A program made the translations under genes and the position numbers. A stretch of 64,000 nt of DNA from Methanobrevibacter sp. Lineage in GTDB: Archaea > Methanobacteriota > Methanobacteria > Methanobacteriales > Methanobacteriaceae. Under the pieces are notes generated by a model. That model saw only the letters and a list, made by a program, of their open reading frames with translations. It did no database searches and was not told the DNA's origin. Location of the stretch: the NCBI GenBank assembly GCA_017434555.1, contig JAFRFB010000048.1, positions 11,488 through 75,487 on the forward strand, written 5' to 3'. Within the stretch, counting starts at the first letter, position 1, and every line of letters begins with the position of its first letter. Shown piece by piece: positions 42,501-51,892 of this stretch.

Positions 42501-42835
42501 GGGATGTTGTTCAAAGAGTACTGTCCTCTCATTTCCTGCCGGACATTATGGGTAACTCCAGAGCATTTTCCAAACAGAAGGTAAGATGTACAAAGTGTAA
42601 TTCAAAATACAGAAGAATACCTTTAACCGGAAAATGTACAAAATGCGGTGGAAATTTAATCCTTTCAGTTTCAAAAGGATCCGTTCAAAAATACCTTGGA
42701 ATTTCCCAGGACCTTGTTAACAGATACCCAGTATCACCATACCTAAAACAACGTCTAGAAATTCAGGAATTTGGTATTAATTCACTGTTTGAAAGTGATA
42801 AATCAAAACAAAGCTCCCTAGACCTGTTCTTCTGA
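39539..42835 (+). CDS. polC: DNA polymerase D large subunit DP2
   Basis: GPIRSAGGTA, GGFRLRYGR, RRNCDSDED and Zn fingers; C-terminal PIP box QSSLDLFF; no intein. Confidence 0.97.
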   Translation: MDYFDRLEAETHALYKIANEARSKGLDVETKTEVPLAKDLAERVEGLVGPEGVAKRIKELEEDMTREEVAFEIAAEIASSKFELTGEKADYDEEQRCDQGLRTALAILTEGVVAAPLEGISQVKIKNNPDSSKYIAVYFAGPIRSAGGTAAALAVLLGDKIRRAINIDEFKPIDDEIERYVEEVELYESEVTNLQYSPTPEEVRFAANHIPVEVTGEQTDAVEVSHRDLERVETNNIRGGALLAMVEGVIQKSKKIHKISNTLGLNWEWLTEYSKPKSEESSDSSEESEIVHEPKYIQDIIGGRPVLGHPSEKGGFRLRYGRSRNTGLATMGVHPATMALLEFLAVGTQLKIEYPGKGNCVVPVDSIEAPTVKLKNGDVVIINSVKQARELKKDVVEILFLGDMLVAFGEFLRNNQPLYPSGWCEEWWIGLLKQSENYSEDDGLDLGRLEYDYLPAKEAFELSKKYNIPLHPKYTYCYNDVTIEDLNSLYDLLIEGKGTYSNEEGLKLKLSYPKRTLEMIGVPHIVRDNQIIIDADNSFALLATLKDRLPKKDTTIEALNEITDIEIKNKAPSYIGTRVGRPEKSKERLMKPAPHGLFPIGNYGGAQRLVANAAKKGTIEVELSRRKCTNQDCRLMSFNSICPKCGAPTEMGRPEHKKINLSSMLKKASDNVNVRKVDKFKAVVGMISESKLPEPLEKGILRAKNEVFTFKDGTIRHDSTDLPLTHFIPKEIGVSVEKLLEMGYEHDCYGNPIENENQIIELKVQDVVISDNCAEYLINTAHFIDDELTRFYGMESFYNVKSKSDLIGHLIAGLAPHTSAGVLGRIVGFTKALGCYAHPYFHSAKRRNCDSDEDAIMLLLDALINFSKTYLPNTRGGSMDAPLVLSSRIDPEEIDDESHNLDIYERFPVEFYDKTKDPLKPAEVLDLIDNVEKHLGTPEQYEGLMFSHHTSSIHSGPTLCLYKRLPSMKEKVEAQIELAEKIRAVDQRDVVQRVLSSHFLPDIMGNSRAFSKQKVRCTKCNSKYRRIPLTGKCTKCGGNLILSVSKGSVQKYLGISQDLVNRYPVSPYLKQRLEIQEFGINSLFESDKSKQSSLDLFF

Positions 42836-42923
42836 AGGCCTTAATACTCTTCAAATGCTCTAGGACAAGTCTGAATTAATATATTATATATAAATTAAAA
42901 TTGCAGTACCCCCTGTAAAATAA

Positions 42924-42943
42924 TGTTCGTATTAATACGAACA
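42924..42943. promoter_or_regulatory. Perfect 20-bp palindrome upstream of the nrdD TATA box
   Basis: TGTTCGTATTAATACGAACA, ending 3 bp before TTTATACA (42947-42954). Confidence 0.65.
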
Positions 42944-43051
42944 ATGTTTATACATGTACTTACTAATAGTATAATCAAGTGATTAGTAGTAGATAGATTG
43001 CTCTATCTCTAATTTTTACTAGTCAAAATTTAATGGAAAATGGTGTGTTAA

Positions 43052-45370
43052 ATGGAAAGAAGCTCAGAAATTGCAAATAATTTAAATAAATCCGTTAAAA
43101 TTAATGTAGAAAAAAATAACGGAATTAGAGAAAGATTCAGTTATGAAAAATTATTAAAATCATTAATAATGGTGGAAACCCCATTCTTTGAATCTGATAA
43201 AATCGTAGCTACAGTTGTATCATCATTATATGATGGAATAACTACAAAAGAAATTAAAAAAATTGTATATGAATGTTTAGAAGATATTGATGGTGAAATT
43301 GCAAACAAATACCTAGCAAGCACCCAATTAAAAGTACGTACTTCAAGAGACACTATCGAAGCATTCGATTTATCCAAAATCGCAAATACTTTAATTGAAG
43401 AAACCGGTGCCAGTCAGGAAACTGCTTTTGAAATTGCAACTGAAACCTGGAAAGAACTCAAAAAATTAAATGTTGAATACTTAACCGCTCCAATGATTAG
43501 GGAAATGGTTAACACTAAACTTATCGAATACGGATTAGAAGATTTAAGAAGCCGTTACACTCGTTTAGGTATTCCAGTTTATAACATTACCTCTTTAATC
43601 GAAAACGGTAACAGAGATAATGCTAATATGATTCACAACCCTGAAAGTATCCACAAACATGTGGCTGATGAAGCATTAAAACAATACGCATTACTCAAAA
43701 TGCTTCCGGCAAGATTAGCTGATGCGCACATGTCCGGAGACATTCACATTCACGATTTAGAATTCTTCGCAGGAAGACCTTTAAACTGTATGCAGCACGA
43801 TATCAGAACTTTCATCAAATACGGACTTAAAGTAGACGGTACCGGTGACCACACCTCTATTGCAGGGGCACCAAACCACATGGAAACTTTAATGAACCAC
43901 ACTGGTGAAATCATGCTTGCAGCACAACAAAACATGTCCGGTGGACAAGGAATGTCACTCTGGAATGTATTTGTAGCACCATTTGCAAGAGGAAGAAGCT
44001 ACGAAGAGATCAAACAGTCCGTCCAAATGCTTGTTTATAACTTGAACATGGCTTACGCAGCTCGTGGATCCCAAGTACCATTCACAAGTATGGCATTGGA
44101 ATTCGGTGTTCCAAACTTCCTGAAAGATGAAACCGCATACGGACCAAAAGGTGAAATTGTTGGAACTTACGCAGACTTCGAAGAAGAAACCAGATTAATC
44201 CAAAGAGCATTTACTGAAACTTTACTTGAAGGAGACAATGAAGGAAAACCTCATTTATTCCCAAATACCATTTACACATTACGTGAAGAAACAATGACCA
44301 GCGAATATGAAGAAGATATCCGCTTAGTTCACGAATTATCCGCAAAATACGGTTCATCATACTTTGTAAACATGTTAGCTGACTACAGAGGAGACATGGC
44401 AAACTATATGGGATGCAGAACCTGTTTACAAGATAACTGGACTGGTGACTGGGATCAAGACTGTTTAAGAACCGGTAACCTTGCATACGTTACCTTAAAC
44501 CTCCCAAGAATCGGTTACCAATCCAAAGACGAATCCCAAGTATTCGAATACTTAGATGAATACATGGATTTAGCTACTGAAACATTAATGCTTAGAAGAG
44601 AACAAGGTTTAAAATGTTTAAATGATTTCCACATTTTACCATTCTTAAAACAAAAAGTAGCTGAAGATTCATACTACAGAATCCAAAACTCAACCTTATC
44701 ATTCGGTTTTGTCGGACTTAACGAAATGTTACTCTCATTATTCGGAGAAGGCATTGAAAACCCAGATGCAAATAAATTCGGTATCAAATGTCTTGAATAC
44801 ATTAATGAAAGAGCTAACAAATTAAAAGACGAAACTGGACTTCGATGGTCTGTTTTACAAACTCCTGCAGAATCTACTGCTTACAGATTTGCAACTCTCG
44901 ATAAAAAACAATTCGGAGACCAAGCTATCGTACAAGGTGACGGAAATGCTAACTACTACACAAACTCCTCACACGTACCGGTAGACACCTCTGCATCATT
45001 GATTGAAAAAATCAAAATAGAAGAACAGTACCACCCATTAACTCCAGGTGGACACATCTTCCATGCATTCATGGGTGAATCATACTCTGATCCTGATTCA
45101 TTAATGAGTTTAACAAATAAAATTGCAAGAAAATCCGATATCGGTTTCTGGGCTTACAGTTCAGCTTTAAGCTTCTGTTTAAAATGTAAAACTTTAATGA
45201 AAGGATTAAATCACACTTGCCCAAGCTGTGGTGAAAGCGAAGATGTAGAATGGTATGACAGAATTACCGGTTACGTACAGCAAGTAGGCCGTGCAAAATC
45301 TGCATCCGGTGGCTGGAACCCAGGTAAACGTCAAGAATTAATTGACAGAAGAAGATTTGAAGATAACTAA
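43052..45370 (+). CDS. nrdD: Anaerobic (class III) ribonucleoside-triphosphate reductase with two ATP cones
   Basis: GDIHIHDL, YMGCRT, QTPAES, CLKC...CPSC and glycyl-radical loop DRITGY. Confidence 0.96.
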   Translation: MERSSEIANNLNKSVKINVEKNNGIRERFSYEKLLKSLIMVETPFFESDKIVATVVSSLYDGITTKEIKKIVYECLEDIDGEIANKYLASTQLKVRTSRDTIEAFDLSKIANTLIEETGASQETAFEIATETWKELKKLNVEYLTAPMIREMVNTKLIEYGLEDLRSRYTRLGIPVYNITSLIENGNRDNANMIHNPESIHKHVADEALKQYALLKMLPARLADAHMSGDIHIHDLEFFAGRPLNCMQHDIRTFIKYGLKVDGTGDHTSIAGAPNHMETLMNHTGEIMLAAQQNMSGGQGMSLWNVFVAPFARGRSYEEIKQSVQMLVYNLNMAYAARGSQVPFTSMALEFGVPNFLKDETAYGPKGEIVGTYADFEEETRLIQRAFTETLLEGDNEGKPHLFPNTIYTLREETMTSEYEEDIRLVHELSAKYGSSYFVNMLADYRGDMANYMGCRTCLQDNWTGDWDQDCLRTGNLAYVTLNLPRIGYQSKDESQVFEYLDEYMDLATETLMLRREQGLKCLNDFHILPFLKQKVAEDSYYRIQNSTLSFGFVGLNEMLLSLFGEGIENPDANKFGIKCLEYINERANKLKDETGLRWSVLQTPAESTAYRFATLDKKQFGDQAIVQGDGNANYYTNSSHVPVDTSASLIEKIKIEEQYHPLTPGGHIFHAFMGESYSDPDSLMSLTNKIARKSDIGFWAYSSALSFCLKCKTLMKGLNHTCPSCGESEDVEWYDRITGYVQQVGRAKSASGGWNPGKRQELIDRRRFEDN

Positions 45371-45383
45371 TTACAGTTATCTT
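45360..45383 (+). terminator. Hairpin containing the nrdD stop
   Basis: AAGATAACT-AATTAC-AGTTATCTT. Confidence 0.55.
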
Positions 45384-45472
45384 TCACACCATTTTTTAAA
45401 CACCATTCATCATCACTTATTATTCAAAAAATTTTAATATCCTAATAATAATACTATTAACTAGGTGTTAAA

Positions 45473-46021
45473 ATGGATAAAAAAACAATCATTTTATTAA
45501 TAGCCATTATAGCAATTATTCTTGTTGCGGGAGCATTGTTAATGACAAATACTTTCAAACAGGAACCTAAAATTGATATTGTAACCAATGGTACAGTTCA
45601 TACAAATACTACATTTTTAGTTAAATCAACTGCCTCAAACAATACATCACTGGCAAATGAAAATATTTCCATTGAAATTACTGATAATAAATCAAATACC
45701 GTTATTGATAAGGAAGTTAAGACCAATGAACGTGGTGAAGCAGCCATAGAGCTCACAAATGTTTCAGAAGGTAATTATACAGTAAATGTTACTTTTGAGG
45801 GCAATGATGAATTTAAAGAATGTATTGTCGAAGAAAAATTGGAAATCGTTGAAGATACTGTTGAAGAAACATCTCCAAGTGATACCCAAACAATTGTTGA
45901 TGAAGGCGCATATTACAGTGAACAGGCCGGAAGAACGATTTATACCGGAGAAGTTGAATTAGCTCCAGATGGCCATTACTGGAAACATCTGGGTCATAAT
46001 GAATGGGTAAAAATTGACTGA
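45473..46021 (+). CDS. Membrane-anchored Ig-like surface protein
   Basis: N-terminal hydrophobic anchor, TNERGEA and GNYTVNVTFEGN Ig-like motifs, acidic linker. Confidence 0.75.
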   Translation: MDKKTIILLIAIIAIILVAGALLMTNTFKQEPKIDIVTNGTVHTNTTFLVKSTASNNTSLANENISIEITDNKSNTVIDKEVKTNERGEAAIELTNVSEGNYTVNVTFEGNDEFKECIVEEKLEIVEDTVEETSPSDTQTIVDEGAYYSEQAGRTIYTGEVELAPDGHYWKHLGHNEWVKID

Positions 46022-46124
46022 TTACCTTTTCATTTTCTTATTTTTTTAAATCAAATTTTCAAAAATTGACCGAAAATGTCAAAAAACTAAAAGTATATTA
46101 ATATCTTCAAATATAAATTATACT

Positions 46125-46239
46125 ATTATCATATCACTGATGATAATTTATTTTCACACTCTATGTTACTAGTATTTATGGGCTTTTTTGATACTAGGTA
46201 GCTGATAACATAGACTTAATTAATACCCAGTGCATTAAT
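46125..46239 (+). promoter_or_regulatory. Structured 5' leader of rpl21e (putative cis-regulatory RNA)
   Basis: Stems ATTATCAT/ATGATAAT (46125-46147), TCTATGTTA/TAACATAGA enclosing CTAGTATT/GATACTAG (46160-46214), and ATTAAT/ATTAAT near the RBS. Confidence 0.45.
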
Positions 46240-46256
46240 AAATCGAGGTAATAAAA

Positions 46257-46547
46257 ATGCAAAGATCAAGAGGATTTAAAAGCAGATCAAGAAAAAAATT
46301 AACTAAAGTTGAAAGAAAAGGAAGAACTAATCCTATTACTAACAGATTCCAAAAATTTGAAGAAGGAGATTTAGTTCACATTATTATTAATCCAAGTATT
46401 CAAAAAGGTCAACCACATTCAAGATTCCATGGTAAAACCGGTAAAATCATTGGAACTAAAGGTAAAGCTTACTTAGTAGCTTTAAAAGAAGGAAACAAAG
46501 CAAAAGAATTGATTGTTAGACCTGACCACTTAAAATTACAAAACTGA
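46257..46547 (+). CDS. rpl21e: 50S ribosomal protein L21e
   Basis: [10 protein letters not shown] and [12 protein letters not shown]. Confidence 0.97.
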   Translation: MQRSRGFKSRSRKKLTKVERKGRTNPITNRFQKFEEGDLVHIIINPSIQKGQPHSRFHGKTGKIIGTKGKAYLVALKEGNKAKELIVRPDHLKLQN

Positions 46548-46552
46548 TTTAA

Positions 46553-46897
46553 ATGATTGGTAAAAACGTCATTAAAAAAGAGGAAATCACTGGAGTTGAA
46601 GTTAAAGAGACTCTCGAAGAATTTTCTCAAGAATATGAATTAAATTATGAGCAAAATGTAACTTTAAATCATCTTGTGAGATTTCCAAGATTTTCTCTTG
46701 AAGATTCACAAAAAATCATTGATGAACTTGAAGAAAAACTCGGATTAAGACACAAGGTTGCAGTTCAGATTGTTAATTTAATTCCAAAAGATGATGATGA
46801 TTTAAGATTGATATTCGCAAAAGAACCAACTCAAGTTGATAAAGAAGAACGAGACCAAATTTTAGAAATCTTAAATCAATATTTCCCTGAAGAATAG
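46553..46897 (+). CDS. rpoF: RNA polymerase subunit F (Rpo4)
   Basis: ELNYEQ, VAVQIVNLIPKD and LRLIFAKE; canonical rpl21e-rpoF-DUF655-rsmA order. Confidence 0.93.
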   Translation: MIGKNVIKKEEITGVEVKETLEEFSQEYELNYEQNVTLNHLVRFPRFSLEDSQKIIDELEEKLGLRHKVAVQIVNLIPKDDDDLRLIFAKEPTQVDKEERDQILEILNQYFPEE

Positions 46898-46930
46898 TTA
46901 ATTACTATTCTTTTTAATACTTTTTTTAAC
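46890..46930 (+). terminator. Hairpin containing the rpoF stop, followed by T-tracts
   Basis: AAGAATAGT-TAATT-ACTATTCTT, then T-rich sequence. Confidence 0.6.
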
Positions 46931-47011
46931 TTACTTTTTTTTAGATATATTTATTACTATTAAATATTAAAAATAAATATTAGATTTTTAAAAAAATAGT
47001 GAAGTGATATT

Positions 47012-47647
47012 ATGGATAAAAAAAATAATAAAAGAAAAAACCAACCTCAAAAAACTGAAGACAATGCGGTCATATTAGATTATCTTAGTTTAGGATATGT
47101 ACAATCTGACATGTCTAAGTTTAAAGGAAAAGCTATTGCTCAAGCTATTGGTACTGATTACTTCACTTTACTGGAATTAGCTCCGAAAAACGGAGTTGAT
47201 TTAGAAATTCAAGATACCGTCTATATTGGAAAAGGAAAAAGAGACAAAATTTATAGGGTCCTTGGAAAATTAGACTTTGAAAACTTAACTGCAACAAGTA
47301 GAATCGAACTTGAATACGCAATTAAAGACATTGTTATTTCAAGAGAAGAAGAATTCGTTGACTTTTTTAACACCGCAGGTCCTGTTAATACAAGATTACA
47401 TAAACTGGAGTTACTTCCTGGAATCGGTAAAAAATACATGTGGGAAATTATCGAAGAGCGTAAGAAAAAAGAATTTGAAAGCTTTGAAGATATAAGCCAA
47501 AGAGTTCCTGCAATATCTGATCCTGTTGGAATGATTGTTAATCGTGTAAAACAAGAATTAGATACAACAACCGTTAAAAAAGGTAAACAAAAATATTATT
47601 TATTTACCCCTATTCCTAGAAGCCCTCAAAGCAGGAATAAAAGATAA
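47012..47647 (+). CDS. DUF655 putative RNA-binding protein
   Basis: AQAIGTDYFTLLEL, LTATSRIEL and RLHKLELLPGIGKK. Confidence 0.9.
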   Translation: MDKKNNKRKNQPQKTEDNAVILDYLSLGYVQSDMSKFKGKAIAQAIGTDYFTLLELAPKNGVDLEIQDTVYIGKGKRDKIYRVLGKLDFENLTATSRIELEYAIKDIVISREEEFVDFFNTAGPVNTRLHKLELLPGIGKKYMWEIIEERKKKEFESFEDISQRVPAISDPVGMIVNRVKQELDTTTVKKGKQKYYLFTPIPRSPQSRNKR

Positions 47648-47657
47648 AAGTGATAAC

Positions 47658-48530
47658 TTGAATGGTGAAGGCAGCGAATCCTTATCTAAAACAACCAAAT
47701 CTATTCTCAATAAACATGGAATACGATTAAACAAAAATCTTGGACAGAATTATTTAATTGATAAGAATAAACGTGATCAAATAATTAATTTTGCAGAATT
47801 AAGCAATGAAGATGTTGTTTTGGAAATTGGTGCTGGAATCGGTACACTTACAATAGAATTAGCTAAAAGAGCTAAAAAAGTAATAGCTATCGAACAAGAT
47901 TCAAATATTTGTGAAATATTGAATCAGCGTTTGAAAAATGAAAAAATTGATAATGTAGAACTCATTAACGAAGATGCATTGAAAATTGAATTTCCAAAAT
48001 TCAATAAAATAGTGTCTAATCTACCTTATCAAATATCATCACCCATTACATTTAAATTCCTTGATTATGATTTTGACTTGGCCGTTTTAATGTATCAGAA
48101 AGAATTTGGCGATAGAATGAACGGTGAAGTTGGAAGTAAAAACTATTCAAGACTTTCAGCAATGCTTTATTTTAAATGTGATGTCAATCCCCTGACTGAG
48201 GTCAGCTGCGAAAGCTTTATACCAAAACCTAAAGTTGACTCCATTGTCGTGGGACTGACGCCAAAGGAATCTGAATTAACAACAGAAGAGTTCAATATCT
48301 ATTCAAAATTTACAAAAGCATTATTCCAGCATAGAAATAAAAAGATTAGAAATGCTTTAATTGATTCCAGACATGTCGTCAGCAATTTAGATAAAAAAGA
48401 AATCAAAAAACGACTGAATAATATTGACGATGAAAAGCTGAATGATTATTTAAGCAAAAGGGTTGTTGTACTGACCCCTGAAGAGATTTTATTTATTTCA
48501 AAAGAACTGAATCCTATTTTTAATGATTGA
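47658..48530 (+). CDS. rsmA: 16S rRNA A1518/A1519 dimethyltransferase
   Basis: KNLGQNYL, LEIGAGIG and SNLPYQISSP; exact start uncertain. Confidence 0.94.
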   Translation: MNGEGSESLSKTTKSILNKHGIRLNKNLGQNYLIDKNKRDQIINFAELSNEDVVLEIGAGIGTLTIELAKRAKKVIAIEQDSNICEILNQRLKNEKIDNVELINEDALKIEFPKFNKIVSNLPYQISSPITFKFLDYDFDLAVLMYQKEFGDRMNGEVGSKNYSRLSAMLYFKCDVNPLTEVSCESFIPKPKVDSIVVGLTPKESELTTEEFNIYSKFTKALFQHRNKKIRNALIDSRHVVSNLDKKEIKKRLNNIDDEKLNDYLSKRVVVLTPEEILFISKELNPIFND

Positions 48531-49113
48531 TATGGACTTTATAATTAATACACATGAAAACGTTTACGTTCCGGCCGAGGACAGTTACCTGCTTGCCGAA
48601 AATCTTGAAATCAAAAGTGGCGAAAGCGTTTTGGAAATCGGTACGGGCTCCGGAATCGTTGCAATGTATGCATCGAAACTAACTGATAAAGTAACTGCAA
48701 CAGACATTAATTTTGATGCCATTACACTGGCTGAATCAAATTTTAAAGAAAATAACATCGATAATATCGAATTGCTCTTTGGAAATCTGTTTGAGCCTGT
48801 GAAAAATAGAAAGTTTGATGTAATTCTATTCAATACTCCATATCTACCTACCGAAGAAGGTGAAGTTATAGACGACACTATAAATTATGCATTTGACGGT
48901 GGATTAAATGGAAGGAAAGTTATCGATCTTTTTTTAAATGAAGTGAAAAATCATTTAAATGATGGTGGAATTGTGCAGCTGATACAGTCTTCACTTTCAG
49001 ACAATGATGAAACGTTAAAGCGACTGGATGACCTTGGCTTTATAGCTGAAATTGCAAAAAAAGAGCACTATTTCTTTGAAGATATAGTATTAATAAACGG
49101 ATATTTAATATAA
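48523..49113 (+). CDS. HemK2/MTQ2-family N5-glutamine methyltransferase
   Basis: VYVPAEDSYLL, LEIGTGSG, FNTPY and DGGLNGR. Confidence 0.9.
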   Translation: MIDMDFIINTHENVYVPAEDSYLLAENLEIKSGESVLEIGTGSGIVAMYASKLTDKVTATDINFDAITLAESNFKENNIDNIELLFGNLFEPVKNRKFDVILFNTPYLPTEEGEVIDDTINYAFDGGLNGRKVIDLFLNEVKNHLNDGGIVQLIQSSLSDNDETLKRLDDLGFIAEIAKKEHYFFEDIVLINGYLI

Positions 49114-49130
49114 ATAAAAAAGGAGAATAA

Positions 49131-49991
49131 TTAGAATTCTCCATCAAAAACAAGTTTTGCAGGACCTTTCATGAATGCGCCTAACTCGCCGTCTTCCTCA
49201 TAGATATCAAAATTCAAGTCACCGCCAGGCAAATGAAGCAAGATATCATCATCAAATAATCCTAATTTATAACCGGAAATAGCAGTTGAGGTTGCACCAG
49301 TACCGCATGCAAGAGTAACGCCGGCACCACGTTCCCATGTAATCATTTTTCCTTCATTTTTGCTTATGACTTCAACGAAGTGTACATTGATTTTTTCAGG
49401 GAAAACTTCATGTGCTTCAATGGCAGGACCATATTTATTAATGTCAATTGCATCTACATCGTCAACGAAAATGATTGCATGAGGATTACCGACACTTATT
49501 GCAGTGACATTGAATGTAGTGTCCAATACTTCAAGTTCACCGTCGATAAATTCGTCCTCATCACTGGTCATTGGAATTTCAGGAGTTTTGAATGTTGATG
49601 TACCCATATTTACTTTAAATAAAACAGGTTCATCATTTTCTAAAGTTATTTCAATGGTTTTGATTCCTGCTCTTGTCTCAACAGTCATTTTTTCCTGTTT
49701 TAAAATGCCTTTTCTGTAGACAAAATCTCCAAAGCATCTGATACCGTTACCGCACATTTCAGCTTCGCTTCCATCAGGATTGAACATTCTGTATCCAATA
49801 TCAGCAACATCAGACGGTTCTACAAAGAGTACTCCGTCTCCACCGACACCGAAGTTTCTGTGGCATAATATTCTGCATGCTTCTGGTTTATCAACTTCAG
49901 GAATTACTTCCCCTTTTGATTCATCAATAATGGGAAAATCATTACCTATACCATGCATTTTTGAAAATTTTAATCCTTTTAAATCTAGCAT
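49131..49991 (-). CDS. dapF: Diaminopimelate epimerase
   Basis: KMHGIGNDF, EAEMCGNGIRC, VGNPH and ERGAGVTLACGTG. Confidence 0.97.
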   Translation of the reverse strand: MLDLKGLKFSKMHGIGNDFPIIDESKGEVIPEVDKPEACRILCHRNFGVGGDGVLFVEPSDVADIGYRMFNPDGSEAEMCGNGIRCFGDFVYRKGILKQEKMTVETRAGIKTIEITLENDEPVLFKVNMGTSTFKTPEIPMTSDEDEFIDGELEVLDTTFNVTAISVGNPHAIIFVDDVDAIDINKYGPAIEAHEVFPEKINVHFVEVISKNEGKMITWERGAGVTLACGTGATSTAISGYKLGLFDDDILLHLPGGDLNFDIYEEDGELGAFMKGPAKLVFDGEF

Positions 49992-49999
49992 AATATCAC

Positions 50000-51283
50000 T
50001 TATTTTAAATGATCAGGAATAATTTGATGTGTGTATAAATCTTCAAAAGTCTGTCTTTCACGAACAACTTGACATTTACCGTCAGTTACCAATATTTCAG
50101 AGGATAAAGGTCTTGAATTGTAGTTTGAAGACATGGTAAATCCATATGCTCCTGAATTTAATATTCCTAAGACATCTCCTTCTTCGACATCAGGCATTGG
50201 TCTGTCACGTGCAAACAAGTCTCCTGATTCACATACGTTACCTGCGATGTCAACTTCCTGAGTATTAGGAGCGTCCATTCTGCTTGCATCAACGATGTGG
50301 TGGTATGAATCATACATTGCAGGTCTGAGGAGTGTGTGGAAACCGCCGTCTACACCTATGAATTTTCTGTAACTTTGTTTTACACTGTTGACTGTTACGA
50401 GTAAAACACATGCATCAGCAACAAGGAATCTGCCCGGTTCAAGATACATTGTAGGTGAACCCATGTCAAATTCTTCTAATTTTTCTTTAAATAAACCGAT
50501 ATTGACTTCTGCAAATTTATCCAAATCAACGACATTTTCTTCAGGAGTGTAAGGAACACCTATACCTCCACCAAAATCAATGAATTCAAAATCAATTCCT
50601 GTATCTTCGTGAACTTTTCCTGCGATGTCCATGGTTGATTCAACAGCTAATTTGAACGGTTCCGGATCTAAAATTCCTGAACCGATGTGGGAGTGCATAC
50701 CAATAGGAGTGAAACCTAAGTCTATTGCCTGTTGATAAACTTCACTAGCTTCATTATCCATGATACCGAATTTACTCATTACTCCACCGGTAATGGTGTG
50801 TGCATGGTGTCCGGCACCGACCATAGGGTTTACTCTAAATGAAATTTTCAGTCCTTCAGGATCAACTACTTTAGCCAATCTTTTAAGTGCTGAAACTGAA
50901 TCGATGTTTAGGACTGCACCCTGTTCATGAACGAATTTCAATTCCTCGTTAGTAATGTTATTACCAGTAAATAAGATTCTTTGACCGTCAAAGCCTAATT
51001 TTTTAGCAGTGTATACTTCACCAGGAGAAACTGCATCAATACAGCATCCTTCACTTTCCAATATTTTCATTACTGCTAAATTGGTGTTAGCTTTACATGC
51101 ATAAAATACTTTGAAATCAGGATAGTATTTGGAAAATGCACCATAAAATCTATTATAATTTTCTCTTATCCTGTTTTCATCAATTACAAATGTTGGAGTT
51201 CCAAATTCTTCTGCAATGTCAATTGCATCAGCGCCTCCAATATCCAAGTGGTTTTTATCGTTGACTTTAATATTTAAATCCAT
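50000..51283 (-). CDS. lysA: Diaminopimelate decarboxylase
   Basis: YACKAN, SKFGI, HSHIGSG, EPGRFLV and GNVCESGD. Start at ATG 51283 after a GGAG RBS. Confidence 0.96.
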   Translation of the reverse strand: MDLNIKVNDKNHLDIGGADAIDIAEEFGTPTFVIDENRIRENYNRFYGAFSKYYPDFKVFYACKANTNLAVMKILESEGCCIDAVSPGEVYTAKKLGFDGQRILFTGNNITNEELKFVHEQGAVLNIDSVSALKRLAKVVDPEGLKISFRVNPMVGAGHHAHTITGGVMSKFGIMDNEASEVYQQAIDLGFTPIGMHSHIGSGILDPEPFKLAVESTMDIAGKVHEDTGIDFEFIDFGGGIGVPYTPEENVVDLDKFAEVNIGLFKEKLEEFDMGSPTMYLEPGRFLVADACVLLVTVNSVKQSYRKFIGVDGGFHTLLRPAMYDSYHHIVDASRMDAPNTQEVDIAGNVCESGDLFARDRPMPDVEEGDVLGILNSGAYGFTMSSNYNSRPLSSEILVTDGKCQVVRERQTFEDLYTHQIIPDHLK

Positions 51284-51414
51284 GATATAAACTCCTAAAA
51301 AAGTTTTATTATAATTATATTTATGTATCAAATATTATTTAAAAATAATGAAGGAAATGGATTTGCCAACAAATAATTTAAAGTTAAAATATATATTAAA
51401 TAATAGGTGAGATA

Positions 51415-51819
51415 ATGGAAAAGCCATACGGATTGACAATGCGAAGCATGGTAAAAAACGATGAAGGAAAGATTTTAGTTTTAAGAAGGCATCCAAAATC
51501 AAAAACAAACCCCCACAAATGGGAATTGCCTGGTGGAAAAATAGAAAAAGGCGAATTCTTTGATGAAGCATTAATTCGTGAAGTTAAAGAGGAAACCGGT
51601 TTGGATGTAAAAGTTGGAGACTTTTGTGAAGCGGTACAGGACGATTATCCTCACAAAAGAACAGTTCAGTTAATAATGTATTCAAAAGACATTACCGGAG
51701 AAGTGAAAATAAGCGATGAGCATGACGACTGGATGTGGGCCAGTGCTGATGAAATTAAATCTCTTGACATAACTTCATCACTTGAAAAAATAATTGAAAA
51801 AAGAAATGGGGAAATCTGA
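51415..51819 (+). CDS. NUDIX hydrolase (MutT-like)
   Basis: Nudix box PGGKIEKGEFFDEALIREVKEETG. Confidence 0.92.
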   Translation: MEKPYGLTMRSMVKNDEGKILVLRRHPKSKTNPHKWELPGGKIEKGEFFDEALIREVKEETGLDVKVGDFCEAVQDDYPHKRTVQLIMYSKDITGEVKISDEHDDWMWASADEIKSLDITSSLEKIIEKRNGEI

Positions 51820-51892
51820 TATTCAATAATTATTAAAATTTATATACAATGAAAAAAATAAAATAAAATTAACCAAAAAGGAGTTTTAAACC

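Noticed and set aside
39539-45370. Inteins in polC or nrdD
   Set aside because: Lengths are normal and there are no intein splice or LAGLIDADG motifs.
46138-46205. Calling the rpl21e leader a C/D box guide sRNA
   Set aside because: UGAUGA and CUGA are present, but there are no convincing C'/D' boxes and no rRNA-complementary guide I can recognise; kept only as a structured leader.
46894-46905. 12-nt match (ATAGTTAATTAC) between the rpoF terminator and the IS630 TIR
   Set aside because: Short AT-rich match with no partner TIR or transposase remnant.
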